Source: Verrucomicrobiota bacterium
GTDB lineage: Bacteria; Verrucomicrobiota; Verrucomicrobiia; Limisphaerales; UBA11358
Length of the DNA stretch: 54,077 bases
Reading direction: 5' to 3'
NCBI GenBank assembly: GCA_049521735.1
Contig: JBEKON010000009.1
Location: forward strand, 1 to 54,077
Positions 45,842 through 54,077 of this stretch are shown here, piece after piece. Under the pieces are notes generated by a model. It saw nothing but the letters and a program-made list of their open reading frames with translations, was not told the DNA's origin and searched no databases. Position numbers and translations under genes: made by a program. Numbering within the stretch: position 1 is the stretch's first letter; each line of letters begins with the position of its first letter.

Positions 45842-45906
45842 GATGAAACCCATGCTGGTAAAAATCTGTGTTTCATCTGTGTTCTATCTGTGGCTAAATA
45901 TGCTGC

Positions 45907-46644
45907 GTGAAAATCGTTGGCATCATTCCCGCCCGCTATGCCTCGACACGGTTCCCCGGCAAACCGCTGGCACTCGTCGCCGGCAAGCCGCTGATTCAAC
46001 GCGTTGTTGAACAATGCCGGAAGGCGAAGTCGTTGAGCGAAGTCATCGTCGCCACGGACGATTCACGTATTGCCAACGCTGTAAAAAAGTTTTGCCGGGC
46101 GGAAATGACGCGCCCGGAGCATCCGAGCGGCACGGATCGAATCGCGGAAGTCGCTGGACGGTGCACCTGCGATGCGGTGGTGAACATCCAGGGCGATGAA
46201 CCGTTGATTGATCCGAAGGTGGTTGATGCCGTCGCCGGGGCGCTGGTGGGAAACGAAATGTCCACCGCTGCGACGCGCATCAAAAATCCCGAGGAACTCG
46301 ACAATCCGAACGTTGTAAAAGTCGTTGTCAATGCCGCCGGTTGTGCGTTATACTTTTCACGGCGCACGATTCCATATTTGCGCGAGGCCGCCAGCCCCGA
46401 AGGCGTTCGGGGACAGTTGGCGGCATTTGTTTTTTTGAAACACCTGGGCATTTACGGTTACCAGCGTGAGACGTTGCTGCGGCTGGTGAAATTCCCGGTG
46501 TCGCCGCTCGAAAAAGCGGAGAAGCTGGAGCAGTTGCGCGCGCTGGAAAACGGCATTCAAATCGCGGTCGTGCAGGTGGATTACGACGGTGTGGGCGTGG
46601 ACACGCCGGAAGACGTGGCACGGGTTGAGAAAATTTTGAAATGA
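45907..46644 (+). CDS. kdsB: 3-deoxy-manno-octulosonate cytidylyltransferase
   Basis: (M)[29 protein letters not shown]......VIVATDD..I...V......M.T...H.SGTDR..E......D.VVN.QGDEP. GTG start. Confidence 0.9.
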   Translation: MKIVGIIPARYASTRFPGKPLALVAGKPLIQRVVEQCRKAKSLSEVIVATDDSRIANAVKKFCRAEMTRPEHPSGTDRIAEVAGRCTCDAVVNIQGDEPLIDPKVVDAVAGALVGNEMSTAATRIKNPEELDNPNVVKVVVNAAGCALYFSRRTIPYLREAASPEGVRGQLAAFVFLKHLGIYGYQRETLLRLVKFPVSPLEKAEKLEQLRALENGIQIAVVQVDYDGVGVDTPEDVARVEKILK

Positions 46645-48254
46645 AATTTATTTTTGTCACGGGCGGTGTGGTGAGTTCGCTGGGCAAGGGCCTGACAGCG
46701 GCGTCGCTGGGCACCCTGCTCGAAAACCGTGGCCTCAAGGTCGCGCTCCAGAAGTTTGATCCCTATCTCAACGTGGACCCCGGCACGATGAATCCGTATC
46801 AGCACGGCGAGGTTTACGTGCTCGACGACGGCGCGGAAACCGACCTGGATCTCGGGCATTATGAGCGGTTCACGAACTGCAAGCTCACACGCCTGAACAA
46901 CCTCACGAGCGGCCAGGTTTATCAGAACGTGCTCAACAACGAGCGTGAAGGGAAATATCTCGGCAATACCGTGCAGGTCATCCCGCATGTCACCGACGAA
47001 ATTAAAAACCGCATTCACGTGCTCGCGGAAAAAAGCAAGGCGGATGTCATCATCACCGAAATCGGCGGCACGACGGGTGACATCGAGGGCCTGCCGTTTT
47101 TGGAAGCGATTCGCGAGTTCGCGCTCGAAGTCGGTTATAACAATGCGATTTTCATGCACGTCACCTACGTGCCGTTCATCAAGGCGGCAGGCGAATTAAA
47201 AACGAAACCGACGCAGCAATCCGTCGCCAAGCTGCGCGAAATCGGCATTGCGCCGCACCTGCTGGTTTGCCGCTGTGAAAAACCGCTGAACAAGGAAGTG
47301 CGCCAGAAAATTTCCCTGTTTTGCAATGTCCCGGTCGAGGCGGTCATTGAGGAAAAGGATGTGGACCATTCGATCTATGAAGTGCCGCTCATGCTCCAAC
47401 GCGAGCGCGCAGATGACCTGGTCTGCCGCCTGTTGCACCTCGACACACCGGCGGCCAACATGACGCACTGGCAGGAAATCATCCGCAAACTCATCGCGCC
47501 GCAGCACCGCGTCCGCATCGGCGTCGTCGGCAAATACATCGGCCTGCAGGACGCCTACAAATCGGTTTATGAGGCGATCATTCACGGCGGCGTCGGCAAC
47601 GATTGCGGCGTGGAAATCGTGCAGGTGGACGCCGAGGAAATTGAAAAAGACGGTGCGGACAAAAAACTGAAGGGTCTTGGCGGCATTCTCGTGCCCGGCG
47701 GTTTTGGTGAACGCGGCATCGAAGGCAAAATCAAGGCGGTGCAATACGCGCGTGAAAACAAAATTCCATACCTCGGCCTCTGCTTGGGAATGCAGATCGC
47801 CACCATCGAGTTTGCGCGCAACGTTTTGAAGCTGGACAAGGCGCATTCGACGGAATTCGATCCGAACACGCCGCATCCGGTCATCGCGATGCTGGACGAA
47901 CAGCGCAAAATCACCAAGAAAGGCGGCACGATGCGGCTCGGCGCGCAGCCGTGCCAGCTGGCGCCCGGCACAAAGGCGGCGGAATTGTACGGTTCGTTCG
48001 TGGTCAACGAACGCCACCGCCACCGCTACGAATTCAACAACGTTTACCGCGACAAATTTGAGAAGGCCGGTTTTGTTTTCAGCGGTCTGTCACCCGACGG
48101 CAAACTTGTCGAAGTCATCGAGCTCAAAGACCATCCGTTTTTTGTGGCGAGCCAGTTCCATCCTGAATTTAAGAGCAAGCCGCACCAGCCGCACCCGCTG
48201 TTCAAGGGTTTCATCGCCGCTGCGCATCAGCACGTTCACCGGAAGCCGTTGTAA
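46641..48254 (+). CDS. pyrG: CTP synthase
   Basis: [40 protein letters not shown], and a glutaminase domain with GLCLGMQ. Confidence 0.95.
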   Translation: MKFIFVTGGVVSSLGKGLTAASLGTLLENRGLKVALQKFDPYLNVDPGTMNPYQHGEVYVLDDGAETDLDLGHYERFTNCKLTRLNNLTSGQVYQNVLNNEREGKYLGNTVQVIPHVTDEIKNRIHVLAEKSKADVIITEIGGTTGDIEGLPFLEAIREFALEVGYNNAIFMHVTYVPFIKAAGELKTKPTQQSVAKLREIGIAPHLLVCRCEKPLNKEVRQKISLFCNVPVEAVIEEKDVDHSIYEVPLMLQRERADDLVCRLLHLDTPAANMTHWQEIIRKLIAPQHRVRIGVVGKYIGLQDAYKSVYEAIIHGGVGNDCGVEIVQVDAEEIEKDGADKKLKGLGGILVPGGFGERGIEGKIKAVQYARENKIPYLGLCLGMQIATIEFARNVLKLDKAHSTEFDPNTPHPVIAMLDEQRKITKKGGTMRLGAQPCQLAPGTKAAELYGSFVVNERHRHRYEFNNVYRDKFEKAGFVFSGLSPDGKLVEVIELKDHPFFVASQFHPEFKSKPHQPHPLFKGFIAAAHQHVHRKPL

Positions 48255-48271
48255 GTTGGGTCGAGACACAA

Positions 48272-49570
48272 GTGACTTATCCCGAAGCCATCCAATTTCT
48301 CTACGGCTTGCGGCTTTTGGGCGCGAAGTTTGGTCTGGAAAATACTTACAAACTCGCCGCGCTCGCGGGCAATCCACAAAACCAGCTTCGCTTCATTCAT
48401 GTCGCCGGCACGAATGGCAAAGGTTCGACGTGTGCGATGCTCGAAAGCATTTACCGCGCGGCTGGATTGCGCGTTGGACTTTTCACCTCGCCGCACCTCG
48501 TTTCGTTCCGTGAACGGATTCAGGTGAATCGCCGGCTCATCCCGGAAACTGAAGTTGTCCGGCTCGTCACGAAAATGCGTCCCCTGCTGAAACAATTCCC
48601 GGCAAATCATCATCCGACTTTTTTTGAAGCCGTCACGGTCATGGCGCTGAAATTTTTCGCCGATCAAAAATGCGATCTGGTGATCTGGGAAACCGGCCTC
48701 GGCGGGCGGCTGGACGCCACGAACATCGTCACGCCGCTGGCCAGCGTCATCACGAACATCCAGTTCGATCACCAGCAATGGCTCGGCGACACGCTCGCCA
48801 AAATCGCCGCCGAAAAAGCGGGCATCATCAAACCCGGTGTGCCCGTCATCACGGCGGCGGATGAACCGGAAGCACTGAAAGTAATCGAAGAAGTCGCGCG
48901 TGGGAAAAATGCGTTGCTGGAAATTGTGACCGTGAACGATGCCAATTCACGGCTCGCGGGGACATTCGCCCTCTCCTTGTCCGGCGAACATCAAAAATTG
49001 AACGCCGCACTCGCATTGGCCACGATCAAAGTGCTTCAAAATAAAATTCCGGTGAGCGAAGAAAACATCCGGGCCGGTTTGCAAAGCGTGACCTGGCCTG
49101 GACGGCTGCAATTGGTCACGCGGCCTTCGGGTCAAAAGATTTTGCTCGATGGCGCGCACAATGTTGCCGGTGCAAAAGTTCTGCGCGAGGCCCTGGGAAA
49201 AATTTTCCCCGCAACGAAACGGACGTTGATTCTTGGCGTGCTTCAGGACAAGGATTGGCCACAAATTTGCCGGACGCTTGCGCCGCTGGCGTCGCGCATT
49301 TTTACCGTGCCCGTCTCCAGCGAGCGCACCGCCAATCCGGGTCAATTGGCAGCGGCTTGTCGCACGGCAAATTCGTCAGCCGAAATTTTTGCCTGCGATT
49401 CTTTACGCGACGCGTTGGGGAAAATGACGAATGACGATTTCACTGTCATCACCGGCTCGCTTTATCTGGTCGGCGAAGCATTGGAATTGCTTGGATTGTT
49501 TCCAGTGAACATCAACGAGCGCGGCCTGAATGAATGGACTGCGACGCCATCCGCGCCGGCCAGTCGGTAA
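48272..49570 (+). CDS. folC: Folylpolyglutamate synthase/dihydrofolate synthase
   Basis: FIHVAGTNGKGST P-loop, FTSPHLVSFRERI, and Mur-ligase-type middle and C-terminal domains. Confidence 0.9.
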   Translation: MTYPEAIQFLYGLRLLGAKFGLENTYKLAALAGNPQNQLRFIHVAGTNGKGSTCAMLESIYRAAGLRVGLFTSPHLVSFRERIQVNRRLIPETEVVRLVTKMRPLLKQFPANHHPTFFEAVTVMALKFFADQKCDLVIWETGLGGRLDATNIVTPLASVITNIQFDHQQWLGDTLAKIAAEKAGIIKPGVPVITAADEPEALKVIEEVARGKNALLEIVTVNDANSRLAGTFALSLSGEHQKLNAALALATIKVLQNKIPVSEENIRAGLQSVTWPGRLQLVTRPSGQKILLDGAHNVAGAKVLREALGKIFPATKRTLILGVLQDKDWPQICRTLAPLASRIFTVPVSSERTANPGQLAAACRTANSSAEIFACDSLRDALGKMTNDDFTVITGSLYLVGEALELLGLFPVNINERGLNEWTATPSAPASR

Positions 49571-49692
49571 GTTGCAAGTCTTATCAGCCCGTTCAATAGA
49601 TTTATGGGCGGTTTTTTGCCACCAGGAAAATTTTCATTGGGCATGGGCGGGGAAAAACAAACGGTTCATTTGGAGGATTTCGGAAAGGAACG

Positions 49693-50886
49693 TCACTTCT
49701 GGCCGGGTTCGTTTTTCCGGGCCATTTCATAGGTCAGTCCGAGGACGGGGGTTGTTTCGCGAAATTTTTTGGCCGACATCCCCATGACGCGTTTGAAAGC
49801 GATGCAAAAGCTATTTGCGCTTTGGTAGCCGCACATCCCGGCGATCGTCTCAATTTTATGGTCTGAGCCAATCAGTAATTGTTTGGCCCGGTCAATCCGC
49901 ACGCGCTGAAGTTCCTGTCCGGGCGTCCGCCCGAGGTGTTCCAGAAACGCCATGTGCAGCCCGCGCCGCGACATCGCGGCGACCCCGACCAAGTCTTTGA
50001 CGCAGATGGATTCGTGGCTGTGCTCCCAGATGTAGCGCAGGCTCCGGGCCACGCCCTTGTGCGCGATGGCCAGGATGTCGCTGCTCTTGCGGGCAACGAC
50101 TCCCACGGCAGGAATGCGAATGGGATTGGCGGGCGCAGGTTCGCCGTTCATCAAATTGTCCAGCAGTTCCGCGCCGCGATAACCCAGGGTCTCCAGATTC
50201 GTGCCCACGCTGGAAATGGGCGTGCGCATGGCATCCGGCGCCAGCAGAAAATCTTCCGCGCCGATGATGGCGACCTGTTCGGGAATGGCCAGGCCCACGC
50301 TCTCACAAGATTCGAGCACGTCCAACGCCTGCTGATCATTCGCGGCAAAAACCGCGAGCGGCTTGGGTGCCCTTTTCATTTCCGCTGCGAGCCAGTCGCG
50401 CTTTTGGCTCCATTCATTGCGGCCGGTCGTGAAAACCGCCGACTGGTGCCAGCGGAGCCAGTTGGCGTGGTGTCCGGCGCGTTTCAACGCGTTGATGAAC
50501 CCTTCGCCACGCTCCTCATAAGACCAGTCGTCCATGTCGCTGTAGAAAAGAAAATGGGTGAAGCCGCGGGACAGAAAATGGTCGGCAACCAGTTGCGCTG
50601 CGTGCGCGTGATTTTCCAGCACGCGGGGAAATTTCAATTGCGGACGCCGCAGGCTGAAATCCACCGTCGGCTTGTTGATGGCTTTGACAAATTGCGCGAG
50701 GTCGTCGCCTGCGCCGAGCCAGGCCAGAACGCCATCGCCTTCCCAGCCCCAAGGAATCACCTTTTCACGGGTCAAATTGGCTGAGAGATGCCAATTATGT
50801 TCATGGGCAAATTTCTCTATTCCGCGATGCAGCCGGTAATCATACCAGCCGAGTGCCAGGAGGACGCGCCTTTGTCTTTCGGCCAT
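49693..50886 (-). CDS. XylR-like transcriptional regulator (sugar-binding-like domain + AraC-type HTH)
   Basis: The N-terminal region resembles a periplasmic-binding-protein/LacI-type fold. The C-terminal ..LVGVAAMSRRGLHMAFLEHLGRTPGQELQRVRIDRAKQLL......IETIAGMCGYQSANSFCIAFKR..G is an AraC HTH. Confidence 0.8.
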   Translation of the reverse strand: MAERQRRVLLALGWYDYRLHRGIEKFAHEHNWHLSANLTREKVIPWGWEGDGVLAWLGAGDDLAQFVKAINKPTVDFSLRRPQLKFPRVLENHAHAAQLVADHFLSRGFTHFLFYSDMDDWSYEERGEGFINALKRAGHHANWLRWHQSAVFTTGRNEWSQKRDWLAAEMKRAPKPLAVFAANDQQALDVLESCESVGLAIPEQVAIIGAEDFLLAPDAMRTPISSVGTNLETLGYRGAELLDNLMNGEPAPANPIRIPAVGVVARKSSDILAIAHKGVARSLRYIWEHSHESICVKDLVGVAAMSRRGLHMAFLEHLGRTPGQELQRVRIDRAKQLLIGSDHKIETIAGMCGYQSANSFCIAFKRVMGMSAKKFRETTPVLGLTYEMARKNEPGQK

Positions 50887-51315
50887 GGGTTGAGGGCACG
50901 CTAAAACGGAGCGTCCGTTTTTTCAAGCCCTTCTGCACGTTTGTGCGCTTTTTTCAAATGTTTTTGCAAAACTAACAAAGTGTAATAGCTTTCTTTTGCA
51001 CAACATCGATGCTAGCTTGAACCCGTGGTTCACACTAAATGTGAACGCGCAAGAGTTGTGATGGGTTTTGTTCATGCTTGTGTGCCGTTGTCCGGACTGG
51101 TGATGGATGGCGGCGGCGTTTGTGGTCTCCGCATCATGAACAAAATGAATGTCCTAATATATAAATATAAAGCTAAAAAACAACTTGCAAGTTGGTAAAA
51201 TGTTACATAACATATTATGCATACTATGAAAAGAACCTCTTTAATTCATGATGGCAGTTCCAGCCCGCAAAAGGCCGGAGACAAAGGTCATTCACCCTCA
51301 CCCTATTTAACTTTT

Positions 51316-54077
51316 ATGAAAAAATTACTTAAAAATCAGTGGATAACATTGTCACTTCTCTTGGCCGCTGCACCACTCACAGCGACGGCGGCGGGAAATG
51401 CCTTTAGTTTCATCGACAATTTCAACTCCGGCAGCACTGTTAACAGCGGTGTTGCAGTAGACCCTAGCACCATCACCAGCACTTCCACCAGTTATCAGAC
51501 GTATAATGGTCTCGCTGGCGGTTTTTGGAGCATGAGTGCGAATGACCTTATGTTCGGCACAACCAACACCAGCAGCATGTTGATCGAAGTCCTTGCTTTG
51601 TTCACCAATACACCGGTCCCGCTGACAGCGCCAGGTGATTACATCGCTCTCCAGGTGGTCTTTGTGAACACGAGCAATATCCTTAGCAGCATTGCCGGGG
51701 GCGAGGCGGGTAATGCCAGCCTAAACATCGGCTTGTTCGATTCCGGCGGAGTCCCGCCCAATCTAGGTAACATGACGACGAGCGCAGGCTCCGCAACTGA
51801 TGGAACGCAGAATTGGCTTGGTTACTTTGGCCGAATCTTCTATAACAGCAAGCCGGACTGTCAAGCCCGTTCCGCCCAGACAGCCAACGGGTCGACATCG
51901 CAGAACCAGGATTTGCTCTTCTCGGGTGCCAGCGCCACCCAATCGTTCAACAGTCCCAATGGCACAGTTCTTGGCTCTGCCGATCCGACTAGAGCTGTCA
52001 CCCTTACGAATGGTCAAACTTACACGCTGCTATTTACGATCGCCTACAATTCGCCAGGTGTTCTCAACGTCAGCAATGCTCTTTTCGCCGGGACGGGCAC
52101 TGGCGGCGGAGTGATCTTAGCCCTGACAAATCGTCTGGCAACAAATGCAACCTATGTGACAGGTGGGTTTGATGGTTTTGCCATCGGTTGGCGCAGTGCA
52201 TCCAGTTCGTCACAGTACAGCACGATGGATATTTCTTCCATCCAGATTTCCGGCATAAGCACCCCTGTCACCTCACCCCCACTCATTACTACAGAACCAC
52301 TTTCAGCGACCGTCGGGACCAACGGTTCCTGCGCCTTCTTTGTTACAACCGTCGGTTTCGGTCAGCACTATCAATGGTATCGGAACGGCATCCAGATGGT
52401 TAATGGCGGCAATATTTCGGGTGCCACCAAGAGCATGCTCGTTATTTCCCCGGCGGGAGACAGTGATCAGGCTACGAGCGTCAATGGTTACTCCGTCATA
52501 ATCACCGGCACCGGTGGTTACACCACAAATTCAGTGACCAACTCGCTGGCTTTGGTGGCGGCAACAAATTTAATCTATAATGGGGATGGTGGCCCCACAT
52601 GGGATTTGAATACCACTACCAGTTGGCAGACCGCCGGCAATGCCAATGATCTCGCTTTCAATTTCGGTGACTCCGTCACTTTCAATGATGTCGGGTTCGG
52701 CTCAGGAGGCTTGACATTGACAGGTCCGTATCTTAGCGCTGCTTCCTGTACGGTGGCCGGTCATTTCACTTACGTCTTCGCATCCACGAGCGCCGGCAGC
52801 TTCGCCGGTCCGGGCGGTTTGCTTTACACAGGTACCGGTGGTTTAGAAATAGACAATGCCAATACCTACACCGGTGGCACCGTTATCAGCAATAACACTG
52901 GCACTTTTAAAGTCGGAAATCTCAAGGCTCTTGGCACCGGCCCGGTGACCAATGCCTTGGCGGGCGACTTTATGGAAATTACTGTGGCTGGCAGCGCAAG
53001 CTCAAGCATGCCCAACGATTTCGTTATTGCCACCAACCTCACCATTCAGTTTGATGCCACCGGAACTTACGCCGGAGACTTCAGCGGCAATTTCTACGGC
53101 AACCCTGGCGCAAAACTGACATTTACTGCGCCCGACGCCAACAGCCCTACCAACGAGCGGGTCCGGTTTTATGGCACCAACACAACGTATAATGGGAACT
53201 TGGTGCTTAGTAATTCCTTGATCATCCTAGCTCCCTATGAGGGATCCGGCTTCACCCAAACCTATAACGGCGTCATCTCCGGCCTCGGGGCGATCATCCA
53301 ACGAGGCAGCGGCACTACGATTCTCAACGGCACAAATACCTATTCTGGTGGCACTTCACCTACCGACGGTGCCATTGGATTCGGCATTGATAGTTATCCT
53401 ACCGTGGGGACCGTTATTACTAACGGCCCGATTGGCACTAACGCGTTGCTTCTCACTCCCGAAGTTGGCGAGTTGACCGGCAACGGCCAAGTGTTCGCCT
53501 ACGGCGGCGCCCGCACCATCGGGAATTTAATTCGATATCCGAGTGGAACAAACAACTTAACGTTGATCATCGGTGGCACGAACGACCTGACGTTTTCAGG
53601 TGCGTGCAACCTTGCTGGCCTCGACGGTTTGGGCACCAATAACATCCGGACTCTCCAAGTGACCAATATCGGCGTGACCACCTTCTCGGGTGTCATCAGC
53701 GACACTACTAATGGTAATAGTTCTGGCTGTGGTTTGTCGATAACCGGTACCAGCACCAACATTAGCGGCCCGTTGGTTCTGAGCAACACCGAGACCTACA
53801 CAGGGCCGACGACCATCACCAACCACACCACACTCCGGGTCAACGGCTCGCTTAACGCGGCGAGTGCCGTCACGGTGAACTCGAATGCGACTCTCGCGGG
53901 CACCGGCACCATCAACGGCCCGGTCACCGTCAATGCCGGCGGCACTCTCTCCCCTGGCGCCTCCATCGGCACGATTACCCTCAGCGGCGGTCTCACCTTG
54001 AAGGGCAACCTGTTCTTCGAAATCAACACGTCGGTATCACCGTCCAATGACTACGCGGTGGTCACCGGCACACTGAC
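51316..54077 (+). CDS. Giant surface protein with an Ig-like domain and autotransporter-associated beta-strand (PATR) repeats; 3' end outside window
   Basis: Own translation shows frame 1 open from the ATG at 51316 to the window end (>920 aa). It has signal peptide MKKLLKNQWITLSLLLAAAPLTATAAG and repeated NTYTGGT / NTYSGGT / ETYTGPTTI / G.GTL motifs. It is absent from the track because it has no stop. Confidence 0.8.
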   Translation, partial: MKKLLKNQWITLSLLLAAAPLTATAAGNAFSFIDNFNSGSTVNSGVAVDPSTITSTSTSYQTYNGLAGGFWSMSANDLMFGTTNTSSMLIEVLALFTNTPVPLTAPGDYIALQVVFVNTSNILSSIAGGEAGNASLNIGLFDSGGVPPNLGNMTTSAGSATDGTQNWLGYFGRIFYNSKPDCQARSAQTANGSTSQNQDLLFSGASATQSFNSPNGTVLGSADPTRAVTLTNGQTYTLLFTIAYNSPGVLNVSNALFAGTGTGGGVILALTNRLATNATYVTGGFDGFAIGWRSASSSSQYSTMDISSIQISGISTPVTSPPLITTEPLSATVGTNGSCAFFVTTVGFGQHYQWYRNGIQMVNGGNISGATKSMLVISPAGDSDQATSVNGYSVIITGTGGYTTNSVTNSLALVAATNLIYNGDGGPTWDLNTTTSWQTAGNANDLAFNFGDSVTFNDVGFGSGGLTLTGPYLSAASCTVAGHFTYVFASTSAGSFAGPGGLLYTGTGGLEIDNANTYTGGTVISNNTGTFKVGNLKALGTGPVTNALAGDFMEITVAGSASSSMPNDFVIATNLTIQFDATGTYAGDFSGNFYGNPGAKLTFTAPDANSPTNERVRFYGTNTTYNGNLVLSNSLIILAPYEGSGFTQTYNGVISGLGAIIQRGSGTTILNGTNTYSGGTSPTDGAIGFGIDSYPTVGTVITNGPIGTNALLLTPEVGELTGNGQVFAYGGARTIGNLIRYPSGTNNLTLIIGGTNDLTFSGACNLAGLDGLGTNNIRTLQVTNIGVTTFSGVISDTTNGNSSGCGLSITGTSTNISGPLVLSNTETYTGPTTITNHTTLRVNGSLNAASAVTVNSNATLAGTGTINGPVTVNAGGTLSPGASIGTITLSGGLTLKGNLFFEINTSVSPSNDYAVVTGTL

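Noticed and set aside
51226-51315. An upstream in-frame ATG that would extend the giant surface protein by 30 aa.
   Set aside because: The extension (MKRTSLIHDGSSSPQKAGDKGHSPSPYLTF) precedes a canonical signal peptide that starts at the Met at 51316. I therefore chose 51316, though the upstream start is not excluded.

Overview
A 54-kb GC-rich bacterial chromosomal segment. Its gene content points to Verrucomicrobiota: a PEP-CTERM protein, a TIGR03067-type lipoprotein, DUF1080, autotransporter-associated beta-strand repeats, an Amuc_1100-like pilus cluster and an ECF-sigma/Ser-Thr-kinase pair. I saw no rRNA, tRNA or CRISPR. Most of the window is housekeeping: polA (5' end), acyP, a GT9 heptosyltransferase, cca, rpsU, ligA, thiE, PFK, gmhB, glmS, kdsB, pyrG and folC. 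A PilMN...secretin pilus cluster (283-6752) has its secretin domain split over two ORFs. Other genes are two GH28-like genes, ferritin, a receiver-only response regulator, a XylR-like regulator and a giant PATR surface protein that runs off the 3' end. Main result (39928-45841): a tightly coupled operon with a PqqD-like RRE, a lasso-type B2 protease and eight tandem precursor genes. The precursors share a near-invariant 35-aa leader with lasso-like spacing (Tyr-17/Pro-14/Ile-12/Thr-2) and have hypervariable 8-12-aa cores. One precursor is fused to a self-cleaving peptidase-S74 chaperone domain. An HPr-kinase-like protein, a PF14907-type nucleotidyltransferase and a B12-binding radical SAM enzyme follow, but there is no lasso cyclase. 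I read this as a candidate undescribed RiPP pathway. Secondary observations follow. (1) The 3' ends of ligA (three copies) and glmS (two copies) recur as direct repeats that bracket single-gene or few-gene cargo, with no recombinase present. (2) MITE-like GGTAGGG...CCCTACC hairpin elements sit in frame inside ligA and thiE and abut a methyltransferase start. (3) An AT-richer island carries hicAB, secreted proteins and a Type II R-M system. (4) The ECF sigma gene is disrupted at a 7-nt microhomology. (5) A secreted paralogue of the kinase's C-terminal domain lies next to the kinase. All homology calls come from reading translations by eye. No database search was run.
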